A stretch of 62,908 nt of DNA, the filler included, from Nemertoderma westbladi (taxonomy: Eukaryota; Animalia; Xenacoelomorpha), in assembly GCA_032718475.1 (NCBI GenBank). It is 4 parts of 4 records of this genome, joined end to end, with 100 filler letters (N's around TTAATTAATTAA, not from the genome) between each part and the next. Parts side by side here need not be neighbours in the genome. Positions count along the whole stretch, not along the records: positions 49,582 to 58,115 come from JAUCBJ010005444.1; positions 58,216 to 62,908 come from JAUCBJ010002313.1; 2 more parts are not named here. One strand, given 5' to 3'. Each line of letters opens with the position of its first letter. Position 1 is the stretch's first letter. Under the pieces are notes generated by a model, which had not been told where the DNA came from, did no database searches, and saw only the letters and a program-made list of their open reading frames with translations. Position numbers and translations under genes: made by a program. This document shows positions 51,051-62,908 of the stretch, piece by piece.

Positions 51051-51641
51051 GTACGTAAATTATTTGCTTATTTTTTACACTGCGATCAAAGTGACATGAC
51101 ATCCTGGTAGTTTTAGGATATCTGCACAGTGGTTGTAAATATTATTCGTAAGCTTTTCACTTTTTCCCAGTGGATCCCAAATTCAACATGTTTTCCCGTT
51201 CATTTTATATGCAATATTGCATATTAACATTAATTGTCTTCCAAAATAGACCCTGCACTGCACCTTGACTCGCAATTTGTTCTAGATTTGTACCAGACCA
51301 TTAGCTGTCCCATTCAAAGGGGGCTAATCCATCTGCAGTTCTCTAGTCTGCCGCTAGAGGCGAAATTGTTTAAAGTTAAATCCTTGACCCATTCCATTCC
51401 GTTAATTTATAAAACGTTCAAACTGAAACTTGTCAGATACAGTATATATGTGCTAGAACTCATCCTGTGTATTTGTGGGATCGGTATTCGATCTGCATTT
51501 TTCCGGTCTAACATTTCCTAACATTTCAGTTTATGTTACGTGCTGCGCGAAGGCCCCACTTCATGTAGTAAATGTGATATTTTATTAATTCACAATTCCA
51601 CACCAATCTTCCCTTATTTCTTATATATTTAATTGTTTTAG

Positions 51642-52356
51642 GTACGGCGGGGCCCACGCCAAACAGCACTTCCTGGAGACGGGACACACATTCAGCATGG
51701 AGCTGGAGACGCAACGCGTCTGGGACTACGTGGGGGACAATTACGTCCACCGACTGATACAGAGCAAAGGGGAAGGCGGAACCAAACCCGTGGAGTTCTC
51801 CAACGGAGACAGTAACGGGGACGTACAGGAGAAAAGCGATTCGATGAAGTTGGAGTTCACCTACTTGTTGACGAGTCAGCTGCAAGAACAACGAGTTTAT
51901 TACGAGCAACAGCTGACCAACCTCGAGCAGCACTTTACCGAGCAGATCTCGGCGATGGAGGACTCCTTCAGTCGCATATCGAATCGCCACGGCGAAGTTG
52001 ATGTCGAACAGATTGAGAAAGATAAACTCGCGTTGGAGAGACGCAACGCGGCGTTGGCGAAGCAGTTGAGTAAATGTTGCAACGATTTACAAGACGAGAA
52101 ACAAATGAACAAGTGTTTGAGGGATAATCAGAGTCTGTACCAGGATAGGTTGAGAGACGCCGAGGTAAGGATCAGCGAGAGGGACACCGAGTTGGCGGAG
52201 GTTAAGGATGAACTGAGGGATCTTATGTTCTATGTCAGCGCGCAGGATAAAATCGGGGCAGCCGCTGGGGAACTTCAGCAGGAAATCCAGGAAGGAACAG
52301 TTACTGTAGGGGCTTCTACCTCCAAGAGTAAACGCTACAAAAAGAAAGGGAAATAG
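51642..52356 (+). CDS. BRAP: BRAP exon 2 (rest of zf-UBP and coiled coil)
   Basis: Acceptor TGTTTTAG; in-frame YGGAHAKQHFLETGHTFSMELETQRVWDYVGDNYVHRLIQSK...LEFTYLLTSQL...ELRDLMFY; total 634 aa. Confidence 0.93.
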
Positions 52357-53383
52357 TAATCCCCCCCCCCCCCCCCCCCCATGCAATAGGAATGTTGTCT
52401 GAGCAACTTTATCAGCAACTCGGTGAGCAACTCAGGTTGCCGGTCAAGTTGCTCCGTGTAAACACGTAAGTTGCTGTAAAAAAAGTTGCAGTAAAAGTTA
52501 CACAATTTTACGGCAACTTGAAGGAATTTGCGAGGATTAAAGCGGGATAATCAAATTAAATTACTGTTTTTTGTGAAGAATTCCATTGTTGTTTATAGTT
52601 TACCCGCATTTGAATTTTATTTTTCTATGGGATGTCTCACACAGATGCCTTTAGGGGACATTACACGCAAATTTTCTCGGTTTTTGCCCCCCTACAACGC
52701 CCCCTTACACGATTTTCTTTGCTTCCCATACAGCCAGCTATTGCTACACTTTCCCTCTTCTTTTGGAGAATGTTACACAATAATTGTTGCCAAGCTACAT
52801 TTTCAGCTGTGAGTTAACTAGGTGCATAATAATTATTGTTCAAGGATATTATAATTTACTCTTAAAAGAAGAGTTTGCTCTCTACATTTATAAGATTTAT
52901 ACTTTTGTAAAAGTAAATTGTACTTTTATAAACGTGATTATAAACTTCTACTTTTTGTAAATGTATAGTAAATTCTACTTTTAAAGTAGAAACTATTTTT
53001 TACACTGATAATTCGTCATTAAGTTAACTGCAGTATTTGATACCTGCAGATAAATGTTATTGTACTAAGTACATTGTATATTTTCTAATAATATAGATAT
53101 TTATTAATACAGTATCATTAATATTGTTAATGTTAATTTATTGCGGAATATTTATAGGTCATTTGTATAAGTTATTGGTTCATAAGTTTTAAACATTTGC
53201 AATAAATAGTGAGGTATGTATCTATGTAGGTATGGGGGGGGGGGGGGGGGGGGGGGGTGCAGTGCGTGTGTGATTTTATTATTTCAGTTGTATTTAAATT
53301 TCAGTGTTCAGTCCTTATTTACTGAAACTTATTACTTAAGATCATCTAAATCAATTCCTACATCAACATCTACATCAATTATT

Positions 53384-54547
53384 TTATTTAGTATTTTGTT
53401 TATTCGCATTTTTCCCCTTTTTTCGTTTAGTTGTAGCTTTCCGACTTCTTCCCCTTCTCGCTTGGAGCCCTCTCCACCATCTCTGCAACATCAATACCGC
53501 TGCCAATGTATTCCTGACCTGTTCCAACTGCTCCTCTACCGCAGCTCTGTGTATCCTGTACTCCCTAACAACATTCTCCATGTTCCCAAACACCTCCCTC
53601 TTGTCTGTCAACCATCCGAGATTCTCATCCCTTATCATCATCATTTTTTCTACTTTTCGAGTTTGTTCCGGAATGTCGTTATTATACTTATTAATCCATT
53701 TGTCTTCTTCTCCTATCAATCTTTCTATTTCGGTGTCAAGGAATTCTACAATTTTAAAATGGGCTCTGGTCTCATCTATGATGGTTTGTTTTATCCTGGC
53801 CCGTTCCGACCTTCGCTTCTTCGTATCTGCCTGGCAACGATGGAAGGTCTGACTAGTAGAGACCTTAACTACCAATTTCATATAAGACTCTTCCATTTTA
53901 GTCTTAGATTTCATCGCTTGCAATTGGTCCTTGAGATGGGACACCATTTCATCCCGGTGGGAAATCTCATAAACGGCCTGCGTCTTTGTCTTTTCAGTGA
54001 GTCTCTTCAACCTCAGCATATCATCTTGCCCATCCTGCTCCAGAGCGATCGCTTTACGAAGATCGTCTTTCTTTTTGGCCTCCCCCGTCACGATGTCAAT
54101 GAGGTACTTGAAACTCCCGTGTGTTACGATATCATCTAACGTTCTCTTAAAGATGTCGACGATGTTGTTTTTATCGTGTTGAAGTTTCGCGATATTTTCA
54201 GCGGATTGAGACAATGGTTGATCGTCCTTATTTTTGAAACCTCTCATATCCTTTTCTATGGTTTCAGGGTCTATCATATTGTAAGCCGTTTTCCCCTTCT
54301 TGTCGTTTATTTTAGAATTTTTCGTGCAACCTATTGGTCTGTTGGCTTCCCGTTTTGTCCCCCAAACTATGCGCGATATAGCGTCGGCTGTTAAGTCGTA
54401 AGAGGTTTTCCCGGTTCGGAGAGTCAGGGGAAGGATTTTTCCTAATATTTCAAGCTGATCAATTGTTGTCTCCAGTGAGTCGCGTACGTAGATCTCCTCC
54501 AACGGATTCAATCTATATGGGTCGTGATTAATTCTCCTTGACTCCAT
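53384..54547 (-). CDS. IQCG: IQ-domain protein G / dynein regulatory complex subunit 9, intronless CDS
   Basis: 387-aa ORF; LEEIYVRDSLETTIDQLEILGKILP, coiled coil HLKDQLQAMKSKTKMEESYMK, C-terminal IQ motif LQRWWRGLQARR with basic tail. Confidence 0.8.
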   Translation of the reverse strand: MESRRINHDPYRLNPLEEIYVRDSLETTIDQLEILGKILPLTLRTGKTSYDLTADAISRIVWGTKREANRPIGCTKNSKINDKKGKTAYNMIDPETIEKDMRGFKNKDDQPLSQSAENIAKLQHDKNNIVDIFKRTLDDIVTHGSFKYLIDIVTGEAKKKDDLRKAIALEQDGQDDMLRLKRLTEKTKTQAVYEISHRDEMVSHLKDQLQAMKSKTKMEESYMKLVVKVSTSQTFHRCQADTKKRRSERARIKQTIIDETRAHFKIVEFLDTEIERLIGEEDKWINKYNNDIPEQTRKVEKMMMIRDENLGWLTDKREVFGNMENVVREYRIHRAAVEEQLEQVRNTLAAVLMLQRWWRGLQARRGRSRKATTKRKKGKNANKQNTK

Positions 54548-54639
54548 TCTCTGTATAATTAATATGAAACGATGAAGCCGATCTGCCCACCTTACTAAAT
54601 TTTGTAATGAAATAAGCCTCTACTGTACACACATAAAGG

Positions 54640-56460
54640 GGCATTGGTACACCTTGGGTACCCATTGACAAGATTTTTTATAGTAGCTAGTTTTTGCTTT
54701 TTTTTAATAAATGTTATCGAAGATGTGCTACCCCTAGCTATCAATTTTGATAAATATTTTTGTTCTAGAGCACCTTTTTTTGTTCTAGAACACATATTTT
54801 ATTTTTTATACTAGCTAGCTTTTTCAACTTTTTTTATAAATGTGGCACTAGTGTGTTATAGGTACACCCCCCGCAAATTTTTGAGGGGGGTGTACCTAAA
54901 ACACACTAGTACCAATTTTTTTATAATTTTTTTCTTGTGAAAATGGCATTTATCATGAGTTCTTTTTTGTTCTAGAACAAATATTTTACCTTCTGTCTAT
55001 TATAAAAAAAAATTCAAATTAAATATTTTCACTAGCTAAAAAAAGTAGTAGCTAACACAAAATCAAAATTAGCTACCATCCTACTGACTGAAGGTCAAAT
55101 ATTTGTTATAGAAAAATATCTCAAGATAAAAGTATTTTTCATTTGAAAAAATTGGTCAAACTATGGGTACCCAAGATGTTCCATAGTACAAATGCCCTTA
55201 AAGGAACCGTTGCTTACACTACCCAGTCAAAAATATAAACATGAAACGAAGTTTGTTTCACTTCCACCATGTATTATGTACCACTATAAATGGTACCTAT
55301 TACCCCCCCCCCCCCCCCCCTCATCTCCCTTTATTGAAAATTTTTCACATCATAATATTATGTTCTACAACAAATATATTATGACCTTCTGGCAGTTAGA
55401 TGGTAGCTAGTAATTTTGATTTTGTGTTAGCTAGTACTATTTATTAGTTTTAGTAAAAATTCAAAGAATTCAATTAAATTTGTCTGGAATAATTTCTGAT
55501 GGTTCAGCTGGTTCAGTATGCGTATACTGTACCTCCCACCAAATTTTTTATACTAATTAGTTTTGGATAATTTCTTTTTTTGAAATATTCTAGAACAGGT
55601 TGGCTATTTATTTATAAAAAATAATGTTCTAGAACAAATATTTTCATTCTGGAACATCTTTTTGGAAATAAACATAATAGTTGTTCTAGAACATTATTTT
55701 TTTCAAAATAGAATAGCTAACATGTTCTCAGAACATGTTAGCTATTTTAAAAAAATAATCGTTCTGGTACATTCAAAAAAAGAAATTATCAAAAACTAGC
55801 TAGCAGATAAAATTTGGTGGGGGGTGTACGCATACTGAACCAGTACCAATTTCTGACTTATGTAGTAATTTTTATTAAGTAGTCAGCGTAGCAAGTAATT
55901 ATTTACTAGCTAGTTTTTTTTTACAAAACATAGATGACGACTGAGAAAATACAGTTTTTACAATAAATTCAGAAAGGTTAATGAGAAAATACAGTTTTTA
56001 CAATAAATTCAGAAAGGTAAATTATAAACATTTTCAACTTTTAAATTTTTTTAAATACGGGTATAACGATCCCTGTACTAATATCTTTTTTGAAAAAATG
56101 TTCTAGAACAAAAAATGTGTTCTAGAATCTTAATTGATAGCTAACATGACAGGGAATCATGTTCTAGTTGCAATTATTATATTTAGTAGCAGGTTTTATT
56201 TCTCGCCAAATGTTGTTGTTTTTTTTTTCGTTTTGTAGTTATCACCCCGCAGTACCTTATAAAAGTACTAATAATTTAAATAAATAATATATTAAAGTAC
56301 TAATAATATCACGACAAAAAATACTGGGGGCAAGCCAAGTGAGACCCTATATATTTATATTTCCAACTTTGTAGTGTGAACGTTACATATCGAACGAAGA
56401 CTCATAAAGAATGGTGTATCATGAGTTTGGCTAGTTTTGTCTCGCCGGCTGAGAACGTTA
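54640..56460. repeat. AT-rich region built of overlapping inverted repeats (probable non-autonomous DNA element)
   Basis: Hairpin ACTAGTGTGTT.TAGGTACACCCC...GGGGTGTACCTA.AACACACTAGT (54847-54910); inverted pairs 55050/55400 and 55510/55845; many TTCTAGAA and TAGCTA palindromes. Confidence 0.55.
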
Positions 56461-56599
56461 AGCGAACATTATATTTGTATTGTAATTTTTTCATTTTTTA
56501 GAATTATTCGGCGTTTCCAAAGTCATTAAATTAAGAAACCGATAAATTTCATAGGCCAATTCTCTGCTTTAACATTAACATATTTATATCTTGCAACCG

Positions 56600-56850
56600 G
56601 TCCGCCACCGTCTGCGACGCCACCACCCGCGACGCCACTGCCACCATCCGCCACGCCACCGCCACCATCCGCGACGCCACCACCACCGTCCTTGATGCCA
56701 CCGCCACCACTACTGACGCCACCACTAACGTCCACGGCGACGCCACCGCCACTGCCCGCGACTCCACCGCCACCACCCGCGACGCCACCACCACTGCCCG
56801 CGACTCCACCGCCACCACCCGCGACGCCACCACCACTGCCCGCGACGACA
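56600..56850 (+). repeat. 21-bp GC-rich minisatellite
   Basis: GCCACCACCCGCGACGCCACC-type units (ATPPPPP/ATPPPLP in the ORF track). Confidence 0.85.
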
Positions 56851-56859
56851 CCTGTCCCC

Positions 56860-57750
56860 GCTGCCTTCCCGCTCACGTCCAGCAAACAGTGGGCCTTGCT
56901 GGCACCTATCCACGACGACAGGCTAACAGCCATGCGGGAGTCCCTCCCACCATCTGGGGTGGCGAGGTTGAACTCCCTGGACCACCCCGCCGCAGGCTGC
57001 TGGCTTGATGCCATCCCCTTCAGCTCTCTGGGACTGAAGCTGACGGACTCGCAGTTCCGGATCTCGGTCGGCACTCGTCTTGGGTGCAGGCTGACCGAGC
57101 CCCATGGCTGTGCCCGGTGTGGCAAGGATGTTCTGTCGGATGGCCTCCATGGTCTTTCCTGCTCAAGGAGCCTCGGCAGACTTCCGCGCCACTCAATGTT
57201 GAACGACATTGTGCGCCGGGCGCTCATCAGCTGTGGCATCCCCGCAACACTTGAGCCACTAGGCTTGTGTAGAGGGGATGGGAAGCGAGTAGATGGCGTC
57301 ACCCTGGTCCCGTGGAGCCGCGGGCGGTTCCTCACGTGGGACGCGACGGTGGCGGACCCACTGGCGCCCAGCCACCTCGCCCAGACGCTATCCGCCGGAG
57401 GCCGCACTGCAGAGGAAGCGGAAACTCTAAAGATCCGCAAGTACCAGGAACTCATGGACCGGGGCTACCTCTTCCACCCGGTAGCCTACGAGACCTTGGG
57501 CCGCCCCGGCCCTGAAACATCCGAGTTCCTGAAGGAGATCGGGGCAAGACTCCACTCTGTTACCCAGGAGCCCCGATCTCACCGCTTCCTCCTGCAAAGG
57601 CTGGCAATCGCCATCCTGGTCGGCAATGCGGCCTCCATTATGGGGACCGTGGACCCTCACTCACTAACAACGAGGGACTCTACGAGGTGGTCCATGGTCC
57701 CTAATACCCCCCCCCTAGCTTTCTTATTTTGTTATCTTGTTATGTGAAAT
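56860..57750 (+). mobile_element. 5'-truncated non-LTR retrotransposon with restriction-like endonuclease (CRE-like)
   Basis: AGCWLDAIP...FRISVGTRLG, zinc knuckle CARC...H..SC, RH..LND, KRVDG...TWDATVAD...E..K..KY, FHPVAYETLG. Confidence 0.8.
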
Positions 57751-58115
57751 TTATCAATTCATTAATTATCAAATCGGCGTAGATCATGGTGCAAATGGTT
57801 ATGGTGAGTTATATAACATAATATCAGTTCAGGTAGTGTAATGATTAATATATACTTCAACCTTAAAATGAATTTACACCTTAAAATGTGTAGAGAAACA
57901 GGTATGCCTAATATAAAACTTAAAATATATTTTTGTTACTAATAAACGCGGGGCAAATAAAGAGATTATATTTATTTTAGATGGCTGAGGTGATTGAAAT
58001 TGGTGGTATTTTTCTAAATCTAGGCTACTGTATATATTCCTACTCCGTCATTTTTCAATCAATTCGTTTGAAATTTCAGTGAATGGTCTTGACATATTGA
58101 CCCATAAAACTTATA

Positions 58116-58215
58116 NNNNNNNNNNNNNNNNNNNNNNNNNNNNNNNNNNNNNNNNNNNNTTAATTAATTAANNNNNNNNNNNNNNNNNNNNNNNNNNNNN
58201 NNNNNNNNNNNNNNN
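58116..58215. other. Artificial contig-joining spacer
   Basis: 44 N + TTAATTAATTAA + 44 N. Confidence 0.97.
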
Positions 58216-61200
58216 ATATATTCGGTAAGTTAGGTAAATAATACCCAATCAACCAACCGTTCATAATATATTGGGTAAGTTAGGTAAATAGTACCCAATC
58301 AACCAACCGTTCATAATATATTGGGTAAGTTAGGTAAATAGTACTCAATCAACCAACCGTTCATAATATATTGGGTAAGTTAGGTAAATAGTACCCAATC
58401 AACCAACCGTTCATAATATATTGGTTAAGTTAGGTAAATAGTACTCAATCAACCAACCGTTCATAATATATTGGGTAAGTTAGGTAAATAGTTCCCAATC
58501 AACCAACCGTTCATAATATATTGGGTAAGTTAGGTAAATAGTACCCAATCAACCAACCGTTCATAATATATTGGGTAAGTTAGGTAAATAGTACCCAATC
58601 AACCAACCGTTCATAATATATTCGCTAAGTTAGGTAAATAGTTCCCAATCAACCAACCGTTCATAATATATTGGGTAAGTTAGGTAAATAGTACCCAATC
58701 AACCAACCGTTCATAATATATTGGGTAAGTTAGGTAAATAGTACTCAATCAACCAACCGTTCATAATATATTGGGTAAGTTAGGTAAATAGTACCCAATC
58801 AACCAACCGTTCATAATATATTGGGTAAGTTAGGTAAATAGTACTCAATCAACCAACCGTTCATAATATATTGGGTAAGTTAGGTAAATAGTACCCAATC
58901 AACCAACCGTTCATAGTATATTGGGTAAGTTAGGTAAATAGTACTCAATCAACCAACCGTTCATAATATATTGGGTAAGTTAGGTAAATAGTACCCAATC
59001 AACCAACCGTTCATAGTATATTGGGTAAGTTAGGTAAATAGTACTCAATCAACCAACCGTTCATAGTATATTGGGTAAGTTAGGTAAATAGTACCCAATC
59101 AACCAACCGTTCATAGTATATTGGGTAAGTTAGGTAAATAGTACCCAATCAACCAACCGTTCATAATATATTGGGTAAGTTAGGTAAATAGTACCCAATC
59201 AACCAACCGTTCATAATATATTGGGTAAGTTAGGTAAATAGTTCCCAATCAACCAACCGTTCATAGTATATTGGGTAAGTTAGGTAAATAGTACCCAATC
59301 AACCAACCGTTCATAGTATATTGGGTAAGTTAGGTAAATAGTACCTAATCAACCAACCGTTCATAATATATTGGGTAAGTTAGGTAAATAGTACCCAATC
59401 AACCAACCGTTCATAATATATTGGGTAAGTTAGGTAAATAGTACCCAATCAACCAACCGTTCATAATATATTATGAACTCCTATTATGAACAGGAGGAAA
59501 TCCTGCCAAGTACCTAACTGATCTAGACTTTGCTGATGACTTAGGAGTACTCTCAGAATCATTAGAGGGTGCCCAGCGGCTCCTCAGCTCATTAGAACAT
59601 GCTGCTTCTAGTGTTGGTCTTTTTATTAACTCCAGAAAGACCAAAATTCTGACAGTTAACTTTGAAAGTCCTCAGCAAGTCTCTGATCGGATGAGCATAA
59701 GCTCAAAGGATGGTATGCTTGAGCATGTGGACGACTTCTGTTACCTGGGATCATGGATCCGGAAGTCAGGTGAGGACCTTCAAATACGTAAGGGAAAGGC
59801 ATGGGCAGCCTTGAATAGGCTTTCCAGGATTTGGAAGTCACCTAGAATTAATCGGAAACTTAAGGTCCGATTATTTAGAGCAGCAGTAGTTCCAGTACTC
59901 CTCTACGGGAGTCCATGCTGGGCTCTAACTGCTGAGGACACCAAATCTCTGGATGGCACATTCACAAGAATGCTACGCCGGGTACATTGTGTCAAGTACA
60001 ATGCACACATCTCCAACCAGACACTATATAACATTGGAGGTGTCTCATTGGTTCCCCCAAGCTTGACACTAGAACAAAATCGCCTCCGCTTTGCAGGACA
60101 TTGCTTTCGCCGTGAGGACCAGCCAGTGCATAATCTTGTACTTTGGCAGCCTCATGGAGTGAATAAGCATGGTGGACAGCCCATGACATTCTTGAGACGC
60201 ATCTTAAAGGACACTGGCCTTAAAGATGCGGATGATCTAGCAAATGTCATGGGTGATAGGGAGTTGTGGCGGTGCAATTTTGTTGACAAGCCGGCACAGC
60301 ATTCTTAAAAATGCAGCTGCAATGCAGCATGCCGATCCTAGTAGTCATAATATATTGGGTAAGTTAGGTAAATAGTACCCAATCAACCAACCGTTCATAG
60401 TATATTGGGTAAGTTAGGTAAATAGTACCTAATCAACCAACCGTTCATAATATATTGGGTAAGTTAGGTAAATAGTACCCAATCAACCAACCGTTCATAA
60501 TATATTGGGTAAGGTAGGTAAATAGTTCCCAATCAACCAACCGTTCATAGTATATTGGGTAAGTTAGGTAAATAGTACCCAATCAACCAACCGTTCATAG
60601 TATATTGGGTAAGTTAGGTAAATAGTACCCAATCAACCAACCGTTCATAATATATTGGGTAAGTTAGGTAAATAGTACCCAATCAACCAACCGTTCATAA
60701 TATATTGGGTAAGTTAGGTAAATAGTACCCAATCAACCAACCGTTCATAGTATATTGGGTAAGTTAGGTAAATAGTACCCAATCAACCAACCGTTCATAA
60801 TATATTGGGTAAGTTAGGTAAATAGTACTCAATCAACCAACCGTTCATAATATATTGGGTAAGTTAGGTAAATAGTTCCCAATCAACCAACCGTTCATAG
60901 TATATTGGGTAAGTTAGGTAAATAGTACCCAATCAACCAACCGTTCATAATATATTGGGTAAGTTAGGTAAATAGTACTCAATCAACCAACCGTTCATAA
61001 TATATTGGGTAAGTTAGGTAAATAGTTCCCAATCAACCAACCGTTCATAATATATTGGGTAAGTTAGGTAAATAGTACCCAATCAACCAACCGTTCATAA
61101 TATATTGGGTAAGTTAGGTAAATAGTACCCAATCAACCAACCGTTCATAATATATTGGGTAAGTTAGGTAAATAGTACTCAATCAACCAACCGTTCATAA

Positions 61201-62908
61201 TATATTGGGTAAGTTCGGTAAATAGTACCCAATCAACCAACCGTTCATAATATATTGGGTAAGTTCGGTAAATAGTACCCAATCAACCAACCGTTCATAA
61301 TATATTGGGTAAGTTAGGTAAATAGTACCCAATCAACCAACCGTTCATAATATATTGGGTAAGTTAGGTAAATAGTTCCCAATCAACCAACCGTTCATAA
61401 TATATTGGGTAAGTTAGGTAAATAGTACCCAATCAACCAACCGTTCATAATATATTGGGTAAGTTAGGTAAATAGTACCCAATCAACCAACCGTTCATAA
61501 TATATTGGGTAAGTTAGGTAAATAGTACCCAATCAACCAACCGTTCATAATATATTGGGTAAGTTAGGTAAATAGTACCCAATCAACCAACCGTTCATAG
61601 TATATTGGGTAAGTTAGGTAAATAGTACCCAATCAACCAACCGTTCATAATATATTGGGTAAGTTAGGTAAATAGTACCCAATCAACCAACCGTTCATAA
61701 TATATTGGGTAAGTTAGGTAAATAGTACTCAATCAACCAACCGTTCATAATATATTGGGTAAGTTCGGTAAATAGTACCCAATCAACCAACCGTTCATAA
61801 TATATTGGGTAAGTTCGGTAAATAGTACCCAATCAACCAACCGTTCATAATATATTGGGTAAGTTAGGTAAATAGTACTCAATCAACCAACCGTTCATAA
61901 TATATTGGGTAAGTTAGGTAAATAGTTCCCAATCAACCAACCGTTCATAATATATTGGGTAAGTTAGGTAAATAGTACCCAATCAACCAACCGTTCATAA
62001 TATATTGGGTAAGTTAGGTAAATAGTACCCAATCAACCAACCGTTCATAATATATTGGGTAAGTTAGGTAAATAGTACCCAATCAACCAACCGTTCATAA
62101 TATATTGGGTAAGTTAGGTAAATAGTACCCAATCAACCAACCGTTCATAATATATTGGGTAAGTTAGGTAAATAGTACCCAATCAACCAACCGTTCATAA
62201 TATATTGGGTAAGTTAGGTAAATAGTACCCAATCAACCAACCGTTCATAGTATATTGGGTAAGTTAGGTAAATAGTACCCAATCAACCAACCGTTCATAA
62301 TATATTGGGTAAGTTAGGTAAATAGTACTCAATCAACCAACCGTTCATAATATATTGGGTAAGTTAGGTAAATAGTACCCAATCAACCAACCGTTCATAA
62401 TATATTGGGTAAGTTAGGTAAATAGTTCCCAATCAACCAACCGTTCATAGTATATTGGGTAAGTTAGGTAAATAGTACCCAATCAACCAACCGTTCATAA
62501 TATATTGGGTAAGTTAGGTAAATAGTACTCAATCAACCAACCGTTCATAATATATTGGGTAAGTTAGGTAAATAGTTCCCAATCAACCAACCGTTCATAG
62601 TATATTGGGTAAGTTAGGTAAATAGTACCCAATCAACCAACCGTTCATAGTATATTGGGTAAGTTAGGTAAATAGTACCCAATCAACCAACCGTTCATAT
62701 ATATTGGGTAAGTTAGGTAAATAGTTCCCAATCAACCAACCGTTCATAATATATTGGGTAAGTTAGGTAAATAGTACCCAATCAACCAACCGTTCATAGT
62801 ATATTGGGTAAGTTAGGTAAATAGTACCCAATCAACCAACCGTTCATAATATATTGGGTAAGTTAGGTAAATAGTACCCAATCAACCAACCGTTCATAAT
62901 ATATTGGG
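58216..62908. repeat. 50-bp satellite array (~25 + ~51 copies, interrupted by an RTE fragment)
   Basis: Unit ATATTGGGTAAGTTAGGTAAATAGTACCCAATCAACCAACCGTTCATAAT. Confidence 0.97.
59473..60344 (+). mobile_element. 5'-truncated RTE-clade LINE inserted in the satellite
   Basis: Open frame YLTDLDFADDL...FCYLGSWI...VLLYGSPCW...RLRFAGHCFR; TAGTAG tail; 12-bp TSD TCATAATATATT (59461-59472, 60345-60356). Confidence 0.92.

Noticed and set aside
53216-54139. 307-aa plus-strand ORF
   Set aside because: Antisense shadow of IQCG that starts in a poly-G tract and has no recognisable motifs.
56526-57455. 309-aa minus-strand Gly-rich ORF
   Set aside because: Antisense of the GC-rich minisatellite and retroelement fragment.

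Overview
Animal (metazoan) genomic DNA made of four contigs joined by artificial 100-nt spacers (44 N + TTAATTAATTAA + 44 N), so adjacency across 22103-22202, 49482-49581 and 58116-58215 is not evidence of biological linkage. Contig 1 holds four minus-strand exons of a ZFR/ILF3-type DZF-domain gene. Its 11.8-kb intron is a nested stack of transposons (LINE > LTR-like element > foldback/MULE-like element > Harbinger-like MITE, plus hAT-like and MULE-like inserts), and a composite RTE LINE lies upstream. Contig 2 holds a two-exon CLASP gene. The 33 bp straddling its only splice donor (GGTTCCATTACCAGTTCCCAG|GTAAGTTCCGTT) are amplified into a ~15.5-kb array of several hundred tandem consensus 5' splice sites, each also shaped like an AG|GT recursive splice site. 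This is the most unusual feature of the window. Contig 3 holds BRAP (two exons), an intronless IQCG and a CRE-like retroelement fragment. Contig 4 is a 50-bp satellite interrupted by an RTE fragment. All family assignments come from motif recognition by eye; no database search was run.
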